Assembly (NCBI GenBank): GCA_963705305.1
Contig: OY970067.1
Coordinates: forward strand, 1,440,001-1,504,000
Length of the DNA stretch: 64,000 nt
Source of the DNA: an uncultured Methylomirabilota bacterium
Lineage (GTDB): Bacteria; Methylomirabilota; Methylomirabilia; Methylomirabilales; 2-02-FULL-66-22
Direction of reading: 5' to 3'
The notes under the pieces are model-generated. The model saw nothing but the letters and a program-made list of their open reading frames with translations, searched no databases and had not been told where the DNA came from. This document shows positions 47,433-57,755 of this stretch, piece after piece (within the stretch, counting starts at the first letter, position 1; every line of letters starts with the position of its first letter). Both the position numbers and the translations under genes were made by a program.

Positions 47433-50093
47433 TTACTTCTCGCCCATCTCCTTGACCTTGACCTTCTTCTTCAGGGTGGCCTGGGCTGCGGCCAGCTTGG
47501 CGATGGGGACGCGGTAGGGCGAGCAGCTCACGTAGTCCAGCCCGATCTGGTGGCAGAACTCGACCGAGCGGGGCTCGCCGCCGTGCTCGCCGCAGATCCC
47601 GATCTCCAGGCTCTTGCGGGACTTGCGGCCCCGCTCGATGCCGATCCGCATCAACTCGCCCACGCCCTCCTGGTCGATGCTGACGAAGGGGTCCTCGGCG
47701 TAGATCTTCCGCTCCACGTAGAGCGGGAGGAACTTGCCCGCGTCGTCGCGGGACAGCGCCAGGCAGGTCTGGGTGAGGTCGTTGGTGCCGAAGGAGAAGA
47801 ACTCGGCCTCCCGGGCGATCTGGTCCGCCACCAGGCAGGCCCGCGGGATCTCGATCATGGTGCCGATCATGTAACGGACCTTGACCCCGTACCGCTTCAT
47901 GGTCTCCTGGGCCACCCGTTCCACGATGTCCTTCTGGAGCTGGAACTCCTGGAGGGTGCCCACCAGCGGGATCATGACCTCGGGATAGGGGTTCTTCCCC
48001 TCCTTGCGGAGCTCGCAGGCGGCCTCGAAGATGGCCTGGGCCTGCATCTCGGTGATCTCGGGATACTCGATCCCCAGGCGGCAGCCGCGATACCCCAGCA
48101 TGGGATTGAACTCGTGCATGCTGGACACCTTGGCCTGCAGCCGCTCGGCCGGGATCCCCGTCTTCTCCACCAGCGCCTGGATGTCGGCCTCAGTCTTGGG
48201 CAGGAACTCGTGCAGCGGCGGATCCAGGGTACGGATCGTCACCGGGAGGTTGCCCATGATGTCCAGGATGGCCTTGAAGTCCTGCTTCTGCATGGGCAGG
48301 AGCTTGGCCAGGGCCCGCTTCCGGCCCTCCACGTCGCCGGCCAGGATCATCTCGCGGACCGCGTCGATGCGGTCGCCCTCGAAGAACATGTGCTCGGTCC
48401 GGGTCAGGCCGATCCCCTCGGCGCCGAATCGCCGGGTGACGCGGGCGTCGGTGGGAGTGTCGGCGTTGGTGCGGACCCCGATCTCGGCGAACTTGTCCGC
48501 CCAGGTCATGAGCGTGGAGAAGTCCCCGGACAGCTCGGGCTGGATCAGCTTCACCTCGCCCAGCATGACGTCGCCGGTGCCGCCGTCCAGGGTGATGTAG
48601 TCCCCACGCTGGATCTTGAGGTCCTTGGCGAAGAAGTAGCCGTGCTCCTCGTACACGGTGATGTCGCCCGAGCCGGCCACGCACGGCTTGCCCATGCCCC
48701 GCGCCACCACGGCGGCGTGGGAGGTCATGCCGCCCCGGGCCGTGAGGATGCCCTGGGCCGCGTGCATGCCGCCGATGTCCTCCGGCGAGGTCTCGGTCCG
48801 GACCAGCACCACCTTCTCCCCCTTGGCCGCCATCTCCTCGGCCTCGGCGGCGGTGAACACGGCCCGTCCGACGGCCGCGCCCGGGGAGGCCGGCAGCCCC
48901 TTGGCGATCTTCTGGGGCTTGGCGGCCGGGTCCACCCGGGGATGCAGCAACTGGTCGAGCTGCTCCGGCTGGACCCGCAGGACCGCCTCCGGCTGGCTGA
49001 TCAACCGCTCCTTCACCATGTCCACGGCGATCTTCACGGCCGCCGCCGCCGTGCGCTTGCCGACGCGGCACTGCAGCATGTACAGTTTGCCGTTCTGGAT
49101 GGTGAACTCGATGTCCAGCATGTCCCGGTAGTGCTTCTCGAGCCGCTGGTAGATCCGCTCCAGCTCGGCGTACACCTTGGGCAGGCCCTTCTTCAGCTCG
49201 CTGATGGGGACGGGGGTGCGCACGCCGGCCACCACGTCCTCCCCCTGGGCGTTCATGAGGTATTCGCCGAAGAAGCGGCGCTCGCCCGTGCCCGGATCGC
49301 GGGTGAAGGCGACGCCCGTCCCGGAGTTCTCCCCCATGTTGCCGAAGGCCATGGCCTGGACGTTGACGGCGGTGCCCCAGTTCCCCGGGATCTTGTTGAG
49401 CCGCCGGTAGGTGACGGCGCGGGGATTGTCCCAGGAGCCGAAGACCGCGTTGATGGCCAGCCGGAGCTGCTCCTTGGGATCCTGCGGGAACTCCTTCCCC
49501 GATTTTTCGCGCACGACCCGCTTGAACAGGCCCACCAGCTCCTTCAGGTCCTGCGCCGTCAGCTCGGTGTCCAGCTTCACCCGCTTCTCGTGCTTCTTGG
49601 CCTCCAGGATGCGCTCGAAGGCGGCCTTCTCGATGCCCAGCACCACGTCGCCGAACATCTGGATGAACCGCCGGTAGGAGTCATACGCAAAGCGCTCGTT
49701 CCCGGAGCGGGCGATGAGGCCCTGGAGGGAGGTGTCGTTCAACCCCAGGTTGAGGACCGTGTCCATCATCCCGGGCATGGACACCCGCGCCCCGGATCGG
49801 ACCGAGACCAGGAGCGGGTTCTTGGGATCCCCGAAGACGGCCCCCATGGCCTTTTCCAGCTTCTTCTGCGCCTCTTCCACCTGCTTCCACATGCCCTGCG
49901 GGTACTGCTTCTTGCCGCCGGTGTAAGCGATGCAGGCCTCGGTGGTGATCGTGAAGCCCGGGGGGACCGGGATCCCCAGCCGGGTCATCTCGTGCAGGTT
50001 GGCCCCCTTGCCGCCCAGGAGGTTCTTCTGTTCCGCCCGCCCCTCCGCCTTCTGGTTGCCGAAGAAGTACACCCACTTCTTTGCCGTCGCCAT
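47433..50093 (-). CDS. ppdK: Pyruvate, phosphate dikinase
   Basis: LLGGKGANL, SVRSGARVSMPGMMDT, GGMTSHAAVVARG, FSFGTNDLTQ, GICGEHGG. Confidence 0.97.
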   Translation of the reverse strand: MATAKKWVYFFGNQKAEGRAEQKNLLGGKGANLHEMTRLGIPVPPGFTITTEACIAYTGGKKQYPQGMWKQVEEAQKKLEKAMGAVFGDPKNPLLVSVRSGARVSMPGMMDTVLNLGLNDTSLQGLIARSGNERFAYDSYRRFIQMFGDVVLGIEKAAFERILEAKKHEKRVKLDTELTAQDLKELVGLFKRVVREKSGKEFPQDPKEQLRLAINAVFGSWDNPRAVTYRRLNKIPGNWGTAVNVQAMAFGNMGENSGTGVAFTRDPGTGERRFFGEYLMNAQGEDVVAGVRTPVPISELKKGLPKVYAELERIYQRLEKHYRDMLDIEFTIQNGKLYMLQCRVGKRTAAAAVKIAVDMVKERLISQPEAVLRVQPEQLDQLLHPRVDPAAKPQKIAKGLPASPGAAVGRAVFTAAEAEEMAAKGEKVVLVRTETSPEDIGGMHAAQGILTARGGMTSHAAVVARGMGKPCVAGSGDITVYEEHGYFFAKDLKIQRGDYITLDGGTGDVMLGEVKLIQPELSGDFSTLMTWADKFAEIGVRTNADTPTDARVTRRFGAEGIGLTRTEHMFFEGDRIDAVREMILAGDVEGRKRALAKLLPMQKQDFKAILDIMGNLPVTIRTLDPPLHEFLPKTEADIQALVEKTGIPAERLQAKVSSMHEFNPMLGYRGCRLGIEYPEITEMQAQAIFEAACELRKEGKNPYPEVMIPLVGTLQEFQLQKDIVERVAQETMKRYGVKVRYMIGTMIEIPRACLVADQIAREAEFFSFGTNDLTQTCLALSRDDAGKFLPLYVERKIYAEDPFVSIDQEGVGELMRIGIERGRKSRKSLEIGICGEHGGEPRSVEFCHQIGLDYVSCSPYRVPIAKLAAAQATLKKKVKVKEMGEK

Positions 50094-50115
50094 GGAGCCC
50101 TCCGATTCTTTCCCC

Positions 50116-52179
50116 CTACCCGGGGATTTTCGTGAAGTCGGCAATTCGCGCAAACAGGTTGCGCACCGTTGTCAAGATGGCAAAGCGATTTTGCCTGAGG
50201 TTTTCGTCCGGGCCGACCACCAGGACCTCCTCGAAGAACATGTCCACCACGGGTTTCAGGGCCGCGATCTGCTGCAACGCGGCCAGGTACTCGTGGGCCG
50301 CCACCAGGCGGTCCACCTCGGCCTTCAGCTCCGTCGCCTGGGCAAAGAGCGCCCGCTCCGCGCCCTCCACCAGCCGCGTCGGATCCACGGGCCGGTCGAA
50401 TCCCTGCGGGATGATGCCGACCACCCGCCGGAAGGCGGCAGACAGCTCGCCGAAATCCGCCTCGCGCCGGATGATCGCCAGCGCCTCGGCGCGCTGGGCG
50501 GCGTCCCGCACGTCCCCGCAGCCCGCCGAGAGGACCGCCTCCACCACGTCTGCCGGCAGGCCGCGCTCCGTCAGGACGGCCTGGGTCCGGCCGCGCAGGA
50601 ATTCCAGCACCCCCTGCCGGATGATGAGCGGGTCCCGGGTCGGCGCCGGGAAACCGGCCTGGGCGTCGGCCACGGCCTCCTCCAGCGGGAAGCCAAAATC
50701 CCGGTGGAGGATCGTCTGCACCACCCCCAGGGCGGCGCGGCGCAGCGCATACGGATCCTCCGAGCCGCTGGGGATGAGGCCGATGGTGAAGCAGCCCACG
50801 ATGGAATCCAAACGGTCGGCCACCGCCAGCAGGGCGCCGGCGCTGGAGGCCGGCAGCCGATCCCCGGCGAAGCGGGGCAGGTAGTGCTCCTCGATGGCTT
50901 GGCAGACCTCGTCCGGCTCGCCGGAGAGGCGCGCGTACTCGCGCCCCATCACGCCCTGCAGCGTGGGGAACTCCTTGACCATGCCGGTGGCCAGGTCGCA
51001 CTTGCACAGCTCGGCCGCCCGGATCACGGTCGACTGCGCGACCGGATCCACCCGCTCGGCCAGCAGGCCTGCCAGGCGGCGGAGCCGCTGCACCTTGTCG
51101 AAGACCGTGCCCAGCTTTTCCTGGAAGATGATGTGCGCGAGCTCCGGCGTCCGCTCCGCCAGCGGGCGCTTGCGATCCTCCCGGTAGAAGAACTCGGCGT
51201 CGTTCAGCCGCGCGCGGAGCACGCGCTCGTTGCCCTGCCGGATCAGGTCCATGTCCCCCGCCCGGATGTTGGCGATGGTCACGAAGTGCGGGAGCAGCCG
51301 GCCGGCATCGTCCACCACCGGGAAGTAGCGCTGGTGCTTCTGCATGGGGGTGATGATGACGTCGCGCGGCAGCTCCAGATACTCCGATCTGAAGGAGCCG
51401 CAGACGGCGGTGGGGTCCTCCACCAGGTCCGCGACGATCTCCACCAGGGCGGCATCCAGCAGCGGCTTCCCCCCGAGGGCCGCCGCGGCCTCGGTGGCCA
51501 GCTTGCGCACCAGCTCGCGCCGCCGGCCCGGATCCACGATCACATGGCGCTCCTCGAGCTTCTCCACGTAGTCTCGGAAATTCCGAACCCGCGTCCCGCG
51601 CGGGGCCAGGAAGCGGTGGCCGTAGGTCTTCGCGTCCGACTGCACGCCGTCAAGGCTGAACGGGATGACGCGTCCGTCCAGGACGGCCAGCAGCCAGCGG
51701 ACCGGCCGGACGAAGCGAAACGTCCCCGCCCCCCAGCGCATGAACTTGGGGAAGGAAAGGGCGGCCACCAGCTTGGGCAGGAGGGTGGTCAGGATATCGG
51801 CCGTGAAAGCCCCGCGCTCTTCCAGGACCGCCACCACGTACTCCCCGCGGTCCAGCGCCCGGATCTGGAGCCGCTCGACCGGGACTCCTTGGGCGCGCCC
51901 GAACCCTTCGGCGGCCCGGGTGGGTCGCCCCTCCCCGTCAAAGGCGGCCGCCTTGGGGGGGCCCACCACCTCACGCCGCACGTCCGCTTGGCGCTCGGGC
52001 AGCCCGTCCACGACCAGCGTCAACCGCCGCGGCGTCCCGAGCGTCCGGAGGTCGGTCCAGGTCAGCCGCTGCTCCTGCAACAGGCGGCGCGCCATGGCCT
52101 TCAGGCCTTCCAGGGCGGCGGGCTGGTAGCCGGAGGGGATCTCCTCCGTGCCGATCTCGAACAACAGTTCCTTGCTCAT
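50116..52179 (-). CDS. glyS: Glycine-tRNA ligase beta subunit
   Basis: LLFEIGTEEIP, TPRRL, MRWG, HQRYF, EFPTLQG, DPYALRR. Confidence 0.96.
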   Translation of the reverse strand: MSKELLFEIGTEEIPSGYQPAALEGLKAMARRLLQEQRLTWTDLRTLGTPRRLTLVVDGLPERQADVRREVVGPPKAAAFDGEGRPTRAAEGFGRAQGVPVERLQIRALDRGEYVVAVLEERGAFTADILTTLLPKLVAALSFPKFMRWGAGTFRFVRPVRWLLAVLDGRVIPFSLDGVQSDAKTYGHRFLAPRGTRVRNFRDYVEKLEERHVIVDPGRRRELVRKLATEAAAALGGKPLLDAALVEIVADLVEDPTAVCGSFRSEYLELPRDVIITPMQKHQRYFPVVDDAGRLLPHFVTIANIRAGDMDLIRQGNERVLRARLNDAEFFYREDRKRPLAERTPELAHIIFQEKLGTVFDKVQRLRRLAGLLAERVDPVAQSTVIRAAELCKCDLATGMVKEFPTLQGVMGREYARLSGEPDEVCQAIEEHYLPRFAGDRLPASSAGALLAVADRLDSIVGCFTIGLIPSGSEDPYALRRAALGVVQTILHRDFGFPLEEAVADAQAGFPAPTRDPLIIRQGVLEFLRGRTQAVLTERGLPADVVEAVLSAGCGDVRDAAQRAEALAIIRREADFGELSAAFRRVVGIIPQGFDRPVDPTRLVEGAERALFAQATELKAEVDRLVAAHEYLAALQQIAALKPVVDMFFEEVLVVGPDENLRQNRFAILTTVRNLFARIADFTKIPG

Positions 52180-52339
52180 GGTGTCCCTTAAGGAAGCGCC
52201 TCTCGTCGACGCCTTCTCCCTCGACCCGGTGGTGGCACGCGGAGCCGAACCGGGGGTTCCTCCCGCAGGATGCGGCCTCCGCTCGAGCCGCGCGCGGCGC
52301 TCGGGGAGCCAGCGGGCATGTGACCCGACCCGGGCGAGG

Positions 52340-53239
<900 letters not shown>

Positions 53240-53355
53240 GGGTACCTCACGGGGGCGTTTCAGCCGAACGTAAACGGGAAGACTAACAAAGTCGCCGGGA
53301 AACTGTCAAGGGAAAAGCCCCCTCCTCAAGCGGAAACTCCCCTATTCATATGAGG

Positions 53356-54105
53356 TTACAGGCGCCCGAGGAATTCCGCCGAGCGCAGCGGACGCCCCAG
53401 CGCCTGCCGGAGGAACAGCTGGACGATCTGGCTCACCTCCGTGAGCACGGGCTCTCGGACGACCGTGCGCACCAGGAGGCGGAGCGGGGACTGGCTGGCT
53501 CCCCGCAGGAATCCCAGGGTTTCCGCCGAGACCGGGACGGCGTCCGGCGTCCTCGGACGGCAGGCGGCACACGTCAGACCGCCCTGGGCGGGACTCAGGA
53601 ACAGCTCTGCGTGAGCGGCGACCGGCCGGCGGCAGCCAACGCACTCCCCAAGCTCGGGCGAGTAGCCCAAGAGCCGCAGCAGGCGCAGCAGGAACCCCTG
53701 CAGGATCAGGCCAGGCTTTTCGGCCTCCTCCAGAAGATCCAGGCCCTCGCCAAGCAGCCGATACAGGTCGGGAAAGGACTCCTCCTCCTCGACGCCCAAC
53801 GCCACCGCCTCGACCGCGGCGGAGCCCAGCGCGATCCGGTCCAGGTCCTCGCACAGGGACTGGTGCGATCGGAGGACGGCGAACTCGTTGATTTTGTGGA
53901 GACCGCGGTTGGGCCGCTCGAAGTAGACCAGGCGCCCGCAGGCGAAGAGCTGCAGGCTCCCGCCGAATCGGGACCGGATCCGGCGAGCGCCCTCGGCCAC
54001 CGCGCGGACCTTGCCCGCCGTCTGGGTGTAAAAGACCACGATGCGGTCCGCCTCGGAGAGATCGTGACCGCCGATCACGATGGCATCTGTGCTGTGCAGG
54101 GGCAT
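53356..54105 (-). CDS. recO: DNA repair protein RecO
   Basis: EADRIV, GKVRAVAEGARR, CxxC...CxxC; upstream of glyQ. Confidence 0.92.
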   Translation of the reverse strand: MPLHSTDAIVIGGHDLSEADRIVVFYTQTAGKVRAVAEGARRIRSRFGGSLQLFACGRLVYFERPNRGLHKINEFAVLRSHQSLCEDLDRIALGSAAVEAVALGVEEEESFPDLYRLLGEGLDLLEEAEKPGLILQGFLLRLLRLLGYSPELGECVGCRRPVAAHAELFLSPAQGGLTCAACRPRTPDAVPVSAETLGFLRGASQSPLRLLVRTVVREPVLTEVSQIVQLFLRQALGRPLRSAEFLGRL

Positions 54106-54115
54106 GCGCTGTCCC

Positions 54116-55102
54116 TTACGGAATGGTGATCACCGTCTTGACCCGGCGCGGAGAGCGAAAATCCGCCAGCGCCTGCCCAAGCTCGTCCAGGGGTCTCCTC
54201 TCGGTCAGGAGCGGGGCGACCCGAACTCTTCCCTCCTTCAGAAGGTCGAGGACGGCCGGAAACTCGTCCGTGTAGATCATGGAGCCCAGAAGGGTGAGCT
54301 CCTTCCGGGTGATCAGCGCCGAGGGCACGGAGGACTCCTTGCCGGGGAGTCCGGTGAGCACCACCCGGCCCCCAGGAGCGCTGAGCGCGACGATGTGCCC
54401 GAGGGCCTCCGGGATCCCGCTGGTTTCGTACACGATGGAGAAGGTGCCCGCCTCGGGCTCCAGCTCGGCAGATGAGCGGAACACCCGTTTCACGCCCAGC
54501 GTCGTCGCGAGGGCCAGCCGGGGCTCGGCGATGTCCAGAGCCGACACATCCGCACCGGCCAGGACGGCGAGCTGGGCAAACAGCAGCCCGATCACACCGG
54601 TCCCGTACAGGAGGACCTTTTCGCCCGGGCAGGGAAGCGCTTTGCGGAGGCCATGAAAGGCCACAGCCAGCGGCTCTGCGAAGACGGCCGTCTCGTAAGG
54701 AAGCCCGTCGGGAAAGACCCACACGAAGCTCTCCGGGGCGGCGACGTACTCGGCGAACGCCCCGTGGACGTCCAGGCCCAGCCGCACCTTGTGGCGGCAG
54801 ATGTTGATCCGGCCGCTTCGGCACATGTCGCAGGCCCCGCACGCGAAATTCGGCTGCAGGACGACCCGCTCGCCGACCCGGAAGCGGGACGCCCCGGGGC
54901 CCAGTGCCGCAACTTCACCCACCGCCTCGTGGCCCAAGACGAGCGGGAGCGGCCGATGGATCGATCCGGAATAGATGGAATAATCGGTGCCGCATATCCC
55001 CGCCTGCCGGAGGCGCACCAGGACCTCCTTCGGCCGCAGCTCTGGAACAGGAAGGTCCCGTATCTCCATCCTCTCAGGTGTGACGAGAACCGCCGCCTTC
55101 AT
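54116..55102 (-). CDS. Zn-dependent alcohol/polyol dehydrogenase (MDR family)
   Basis: GICGTD, GHE, CGACDMC...C, GTGVIG; AGGAG RBS. Confidence 0.92.
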   Translation of the reverse strand: MKAAVLVTPERMEIRDLPVPELRPKEVLVRLRQAGICGTDYSIYSGSIHRPLPLVLGHEAVGEVAALGPGASRFRVGERVVLQPNFACGACDMCRSGRINICRHKVRLGLDVHGAFAEYVAAPESFVWVFPDGLPYETAVFAEPLAVAFHGLRKALPCPGEKVLLYGTGVIGLLFAQLAVLAGADVSALDIAEPRLALATTLGVKRVFRSSAELEPEAGTFSIVYETSGIPEALGHIVALSAPGGRVVLTGLPGKESSVPSALITRKELTLLGSMIYTDEFPAVLDLLKEGRVRVAPLLTERRPLDELGQALADFRSPRRVKTVITIP

Positions 55103-55336
55103 CGTTCTCACTCCTTTGTCGTGGTGATCTTCGCCGTCGATTCGACGACAGTCCCCAGCCTGCGGCCCAGTGTACCCTACCGACTCCGCACTTGCCACAC
55201 GTAGGTGGCGAGCCGCTGTCGCGGCGGGGTCCCCGCCGGGGGTGGGGGCGCGCCCATGCCTCGAAGGACAGCCGCCGGATCCCAGAGCTGTCGAGCCTTG
55301 GCGTCATGGCGGTTCGATCGTTCTTTCGGATCAGGG

Positions 55337-56263
55337 CTAGGTCTCCAGGTAGCCGAGACGCTTCAGCGTTGCCGGGTCCTTCCGCCACCCCTGCTGGACC
55401 GCGACCGCAAGTCGGAGGAAAACCGGGGTCCCCACAAGCCCCTCGATCTCGGGGCGGGCAGCCGCCCCGATCGACTTGAGCGTCCGTCCGCCGCTGCCGA
55501 TGACGATACCCTTCTGGGTCTCCCGCTCCACGAAAATCGTCACCTCCACATCGGTCAGGTTCCGTCCCTCCCGCCCGTGGACGGCTTCCACCTGAACGGC
55601 TGTTGCGTAGGGCAGCTCCTGCCGAAGCAGGCTGAAGACCTTCTCGCGGAGGATCTCGGCGATGAAGAATCGCTCGGGACGATCGCTCAGGTCCTCGGGG
55701 GGATAGAGGGGGGGTCCTACCGGAAGCAGCGTCACGAGCACGGCCTCCAGCCGATCCAGGTTGTCGCCGGCGGTCGCGGAGATGGGCACGATCTCAGCGT
55801 AGGGATACTCGGCCCGGCAGCGGTCGATGCGGGGGAGGAGCAGCGGCTTGGCCACCAGATCCACCTTGTTGAGCGCGAGGATCACGGGGCTTCGGGGCGG
55901 GTTCCGCCGGAGCTCCGCCAGGATCAGCTGGTCGTCCGGATCCTCCAGCCGGGCGGCATCCTGCAGCCATACGATCACATCGGCTTCCTGCATGGCCTTG
56001 AGCGCCGCCCGGACGAGGCCCTGGTTGAAGAGGGCCTCCGACCGATGGATCCCAGGCGTGTCCAGAAAGAGCAATTGGGCGGCGGGGAGCGTCTTGATCC
56101 CCAGGACCCGGTGCCAGGTGGTCTGGGGGCGCGGGGAGACGATGGCCAGCTTTTGCCCCAGCAGGCGATTCACGAGCGTGGATTTGCCCGCGTTCGGCCG
56201 CCCGATGACGGCCACGTATCCGGTGCGGAAATCGCCCTTCGGTCCTTGTGCGCGGGCATTCAT
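55337..56263 (-). CDS. era: GTPase Era
   Basis: GRPNAGKST, PQTT, DTPG, NKVD, EILREK, KH domain GIVIG. Confidence 0.95.
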   Translation of the reverse strand: MNARAQGPKGDFRTGYVAVIGRPNAGKSTLVNRLLGQKLAIVSPRPQTTWHRVLGIKTLPAAQLLFLDTPGIHRSEALFNQGLVRAALKAMQEADVIVWLQDAARLEDPDDQLILAELRRNPPRSPVILALNKVDLVAKPLLLPRIDRCRAEYPYAEIVPISATAGDNLDRLEAVLVTLLPVGPPLYPPEDLSDRPERFFIAEILREKVFSLLRQELPYATAVQVEAVHGREGRNLTDVEVTIFVERETQKGIVIGSGGRTLKSIGAAARPEIEGLVGTPVFLRLAVAVQQGWRKDPATLKRLGYLET

Positions 56264-56350
56264 GGGTAGGGATCCAGGGTCACACGACCAGCGGCGGCGC
56301 CGACGGGCCGGCCATCCCGGGAGACGGACGTCGAGCCAGCCAGACCTGCT

Positions 56351-57280
56351 TCAATCCGGGACCGCCAGGCGAAGGAGTTCCAACGGGTCGATGCGCGCCC
56401 CTTGCAGCCGGGCCCCCCAGTGCAGGTGGGGGCCCGTGGCGCGCCCGGTACTGCCGACCCTGGCAATGAGGTCCCCTCGCTCCACGTGCTGGCCGGGCTG
56501 GACCAGGATGTCCTGCAGGTGAAAGTACATCGTGTAGAGTCCCATCCCGTGATCCAGGATCACCATCGTCCCCGCGAAGAACTGCTGGCCCACCCAGGCG
56601 ACCGTCCCGGCGTTGGCGGCCAGCACGGGTGCTCCCGCCGCTGCCGAAAGGTCCACGCCGGTGTGCGGGGAGCGAGGCTCCCCATTGATGATGCGCCGCA
56701 AGCCGAATCCAGCGGAGACCGTCGCTCCGTCGAGAGGGAGTTGGAATGGCCCGTGCCACTGCGGTGCCGGCGACAGGATCTCCCACACCCGGTCCAGGAC
56801 CGCCTTCTCCCGGGCCACCCGCTCCAGCGTGGCCGCATCCAGCTCCACAAAGGTGCGGGGCAGCGTGAGGCGTTGGACCGGGAAGTCCGCATCCAGCACC
56901 ACCAGCGTCGTCTCGCCCGAGACGGGCCGGCCGGCTGCGTCCTCGGCGTCCGCCCGGATTCCCATCGGCCCCGGGGGGTGCTCCAAGTCCACGCCGATCC
57001 AGGCCAGGGCCCGGCGGGGATCCGGCGCGTGCGCGACGGCAACGTCCTGTCCCCCGGCCTGAACCCGCAGCTCGCGCAGGGGAGCGGAGGCCGCGATCTG
57101 GAGGGTGGCGATGCCCCCCTGTTTGACGTCCTGCGGTGTCAGGAGGAGCTGGAGGGGCGTGGAGGCGGCCGCCGCCGGACATGGGAAGGTCGCCCACAGA
57201 ACAGCTAGCAATAGCAGCACGCAGGCCCCAGCGGCCTGCGGCCGTGCGGGCGCCGTCCGGGCCCGAAGGCGACTACCCAC
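56351..57280 (-). CDS. M23 family metallopeptidase; start uncertain
   Basis: HTGVD, DHG, YFHL, GSTGRATGPHLH; N-terminal signal-like segment. Confidence 0.88.
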   Translation of the reverse strand: MGSRLRARTAPARPQAAGACVLLLLAVLWATFPCPAAAASTPLQLLLTPQDVKQGGIATLQIAASAPLRELRVQAGGQDVAVAHAPDPRRALAWIGVDLEHPPGPMGIRADAEDAAGRPVSGETTLVVLDADFPVQRLTLPRTFVELDAATLERVAREKAVLDRVWEILSPAPQWHGPFQLPLDGATVSAGFGLRRIINGEPRSPHTGVDLSAAAGAPVLAANAGTVAWVGQQFFAGTMVILDHGMGLYTMYFHLQDILVQPGQHVERGDLIARVGSTGRATGPHLHWGARLQGARIDPLELLRLAVPD

Positions 57281-57755
57281 GGGTCGACCGGGCCGGGGGA
57301 TGGCGGAGAGTCGGCGGGCTCGCCAATCCGCAGTCCCGAAGAATCGCCCGCTGCGCGCGCCACATCCGCCGCCGGTCGCGAGGGGTCCCGTGGTCATAGC
57401 CAACGAGATGGAGGATGCCGTGCACCACCAGCAGGGCCAACTCCGCTCGCAGGCCGCCGGGATCGGCCCCGGCTTGGCGGCGGGCGGTCTCGGCCGAGAT
57501 CACCACGTCTCCCAAGAGGTCCGGAGCCAGGCCACCGAACGGACCCTCCGTCATAGGGAAGGCCAACACGTCGGTGGGACCGTCAACGCCGCGAAAGCCG
57601 CGGTTCAGTGCGGCCATGGCCGCGTCGTTCACCAGCACCAGGCTACACTCCGCTCGGGGGCGTTTCAGCCTGAGCAGTGTCTTTTGGGCCACCTTTTCGA
57701 GCCACGCCCTCTCGACGGGGACCTTCCGCTGTCGGTTTTGCAGACTGATCGCCAT
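57273..57755 (-). CDS. ybeY: rRNA maturation endonuclease YbeY
   Basis: PTDVLAF, LGDVVIS, HGILHLVGYDH. Confidence 0.93.
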   Translation of the reverse strand: MAISLQNRQRKVPVERAWLEKVAQKTLLRLKRPRAECSLVLVNDAAMAALNRGFRGVDGPTDVLAFPMTEGPFGGLAPDLLGDVVISAETARRQAGADPGGLRAELALLVVHGILHLVGYDHGTPRDRRRMWRAQRAILRDCGLASPPTLRHPPARSTRG

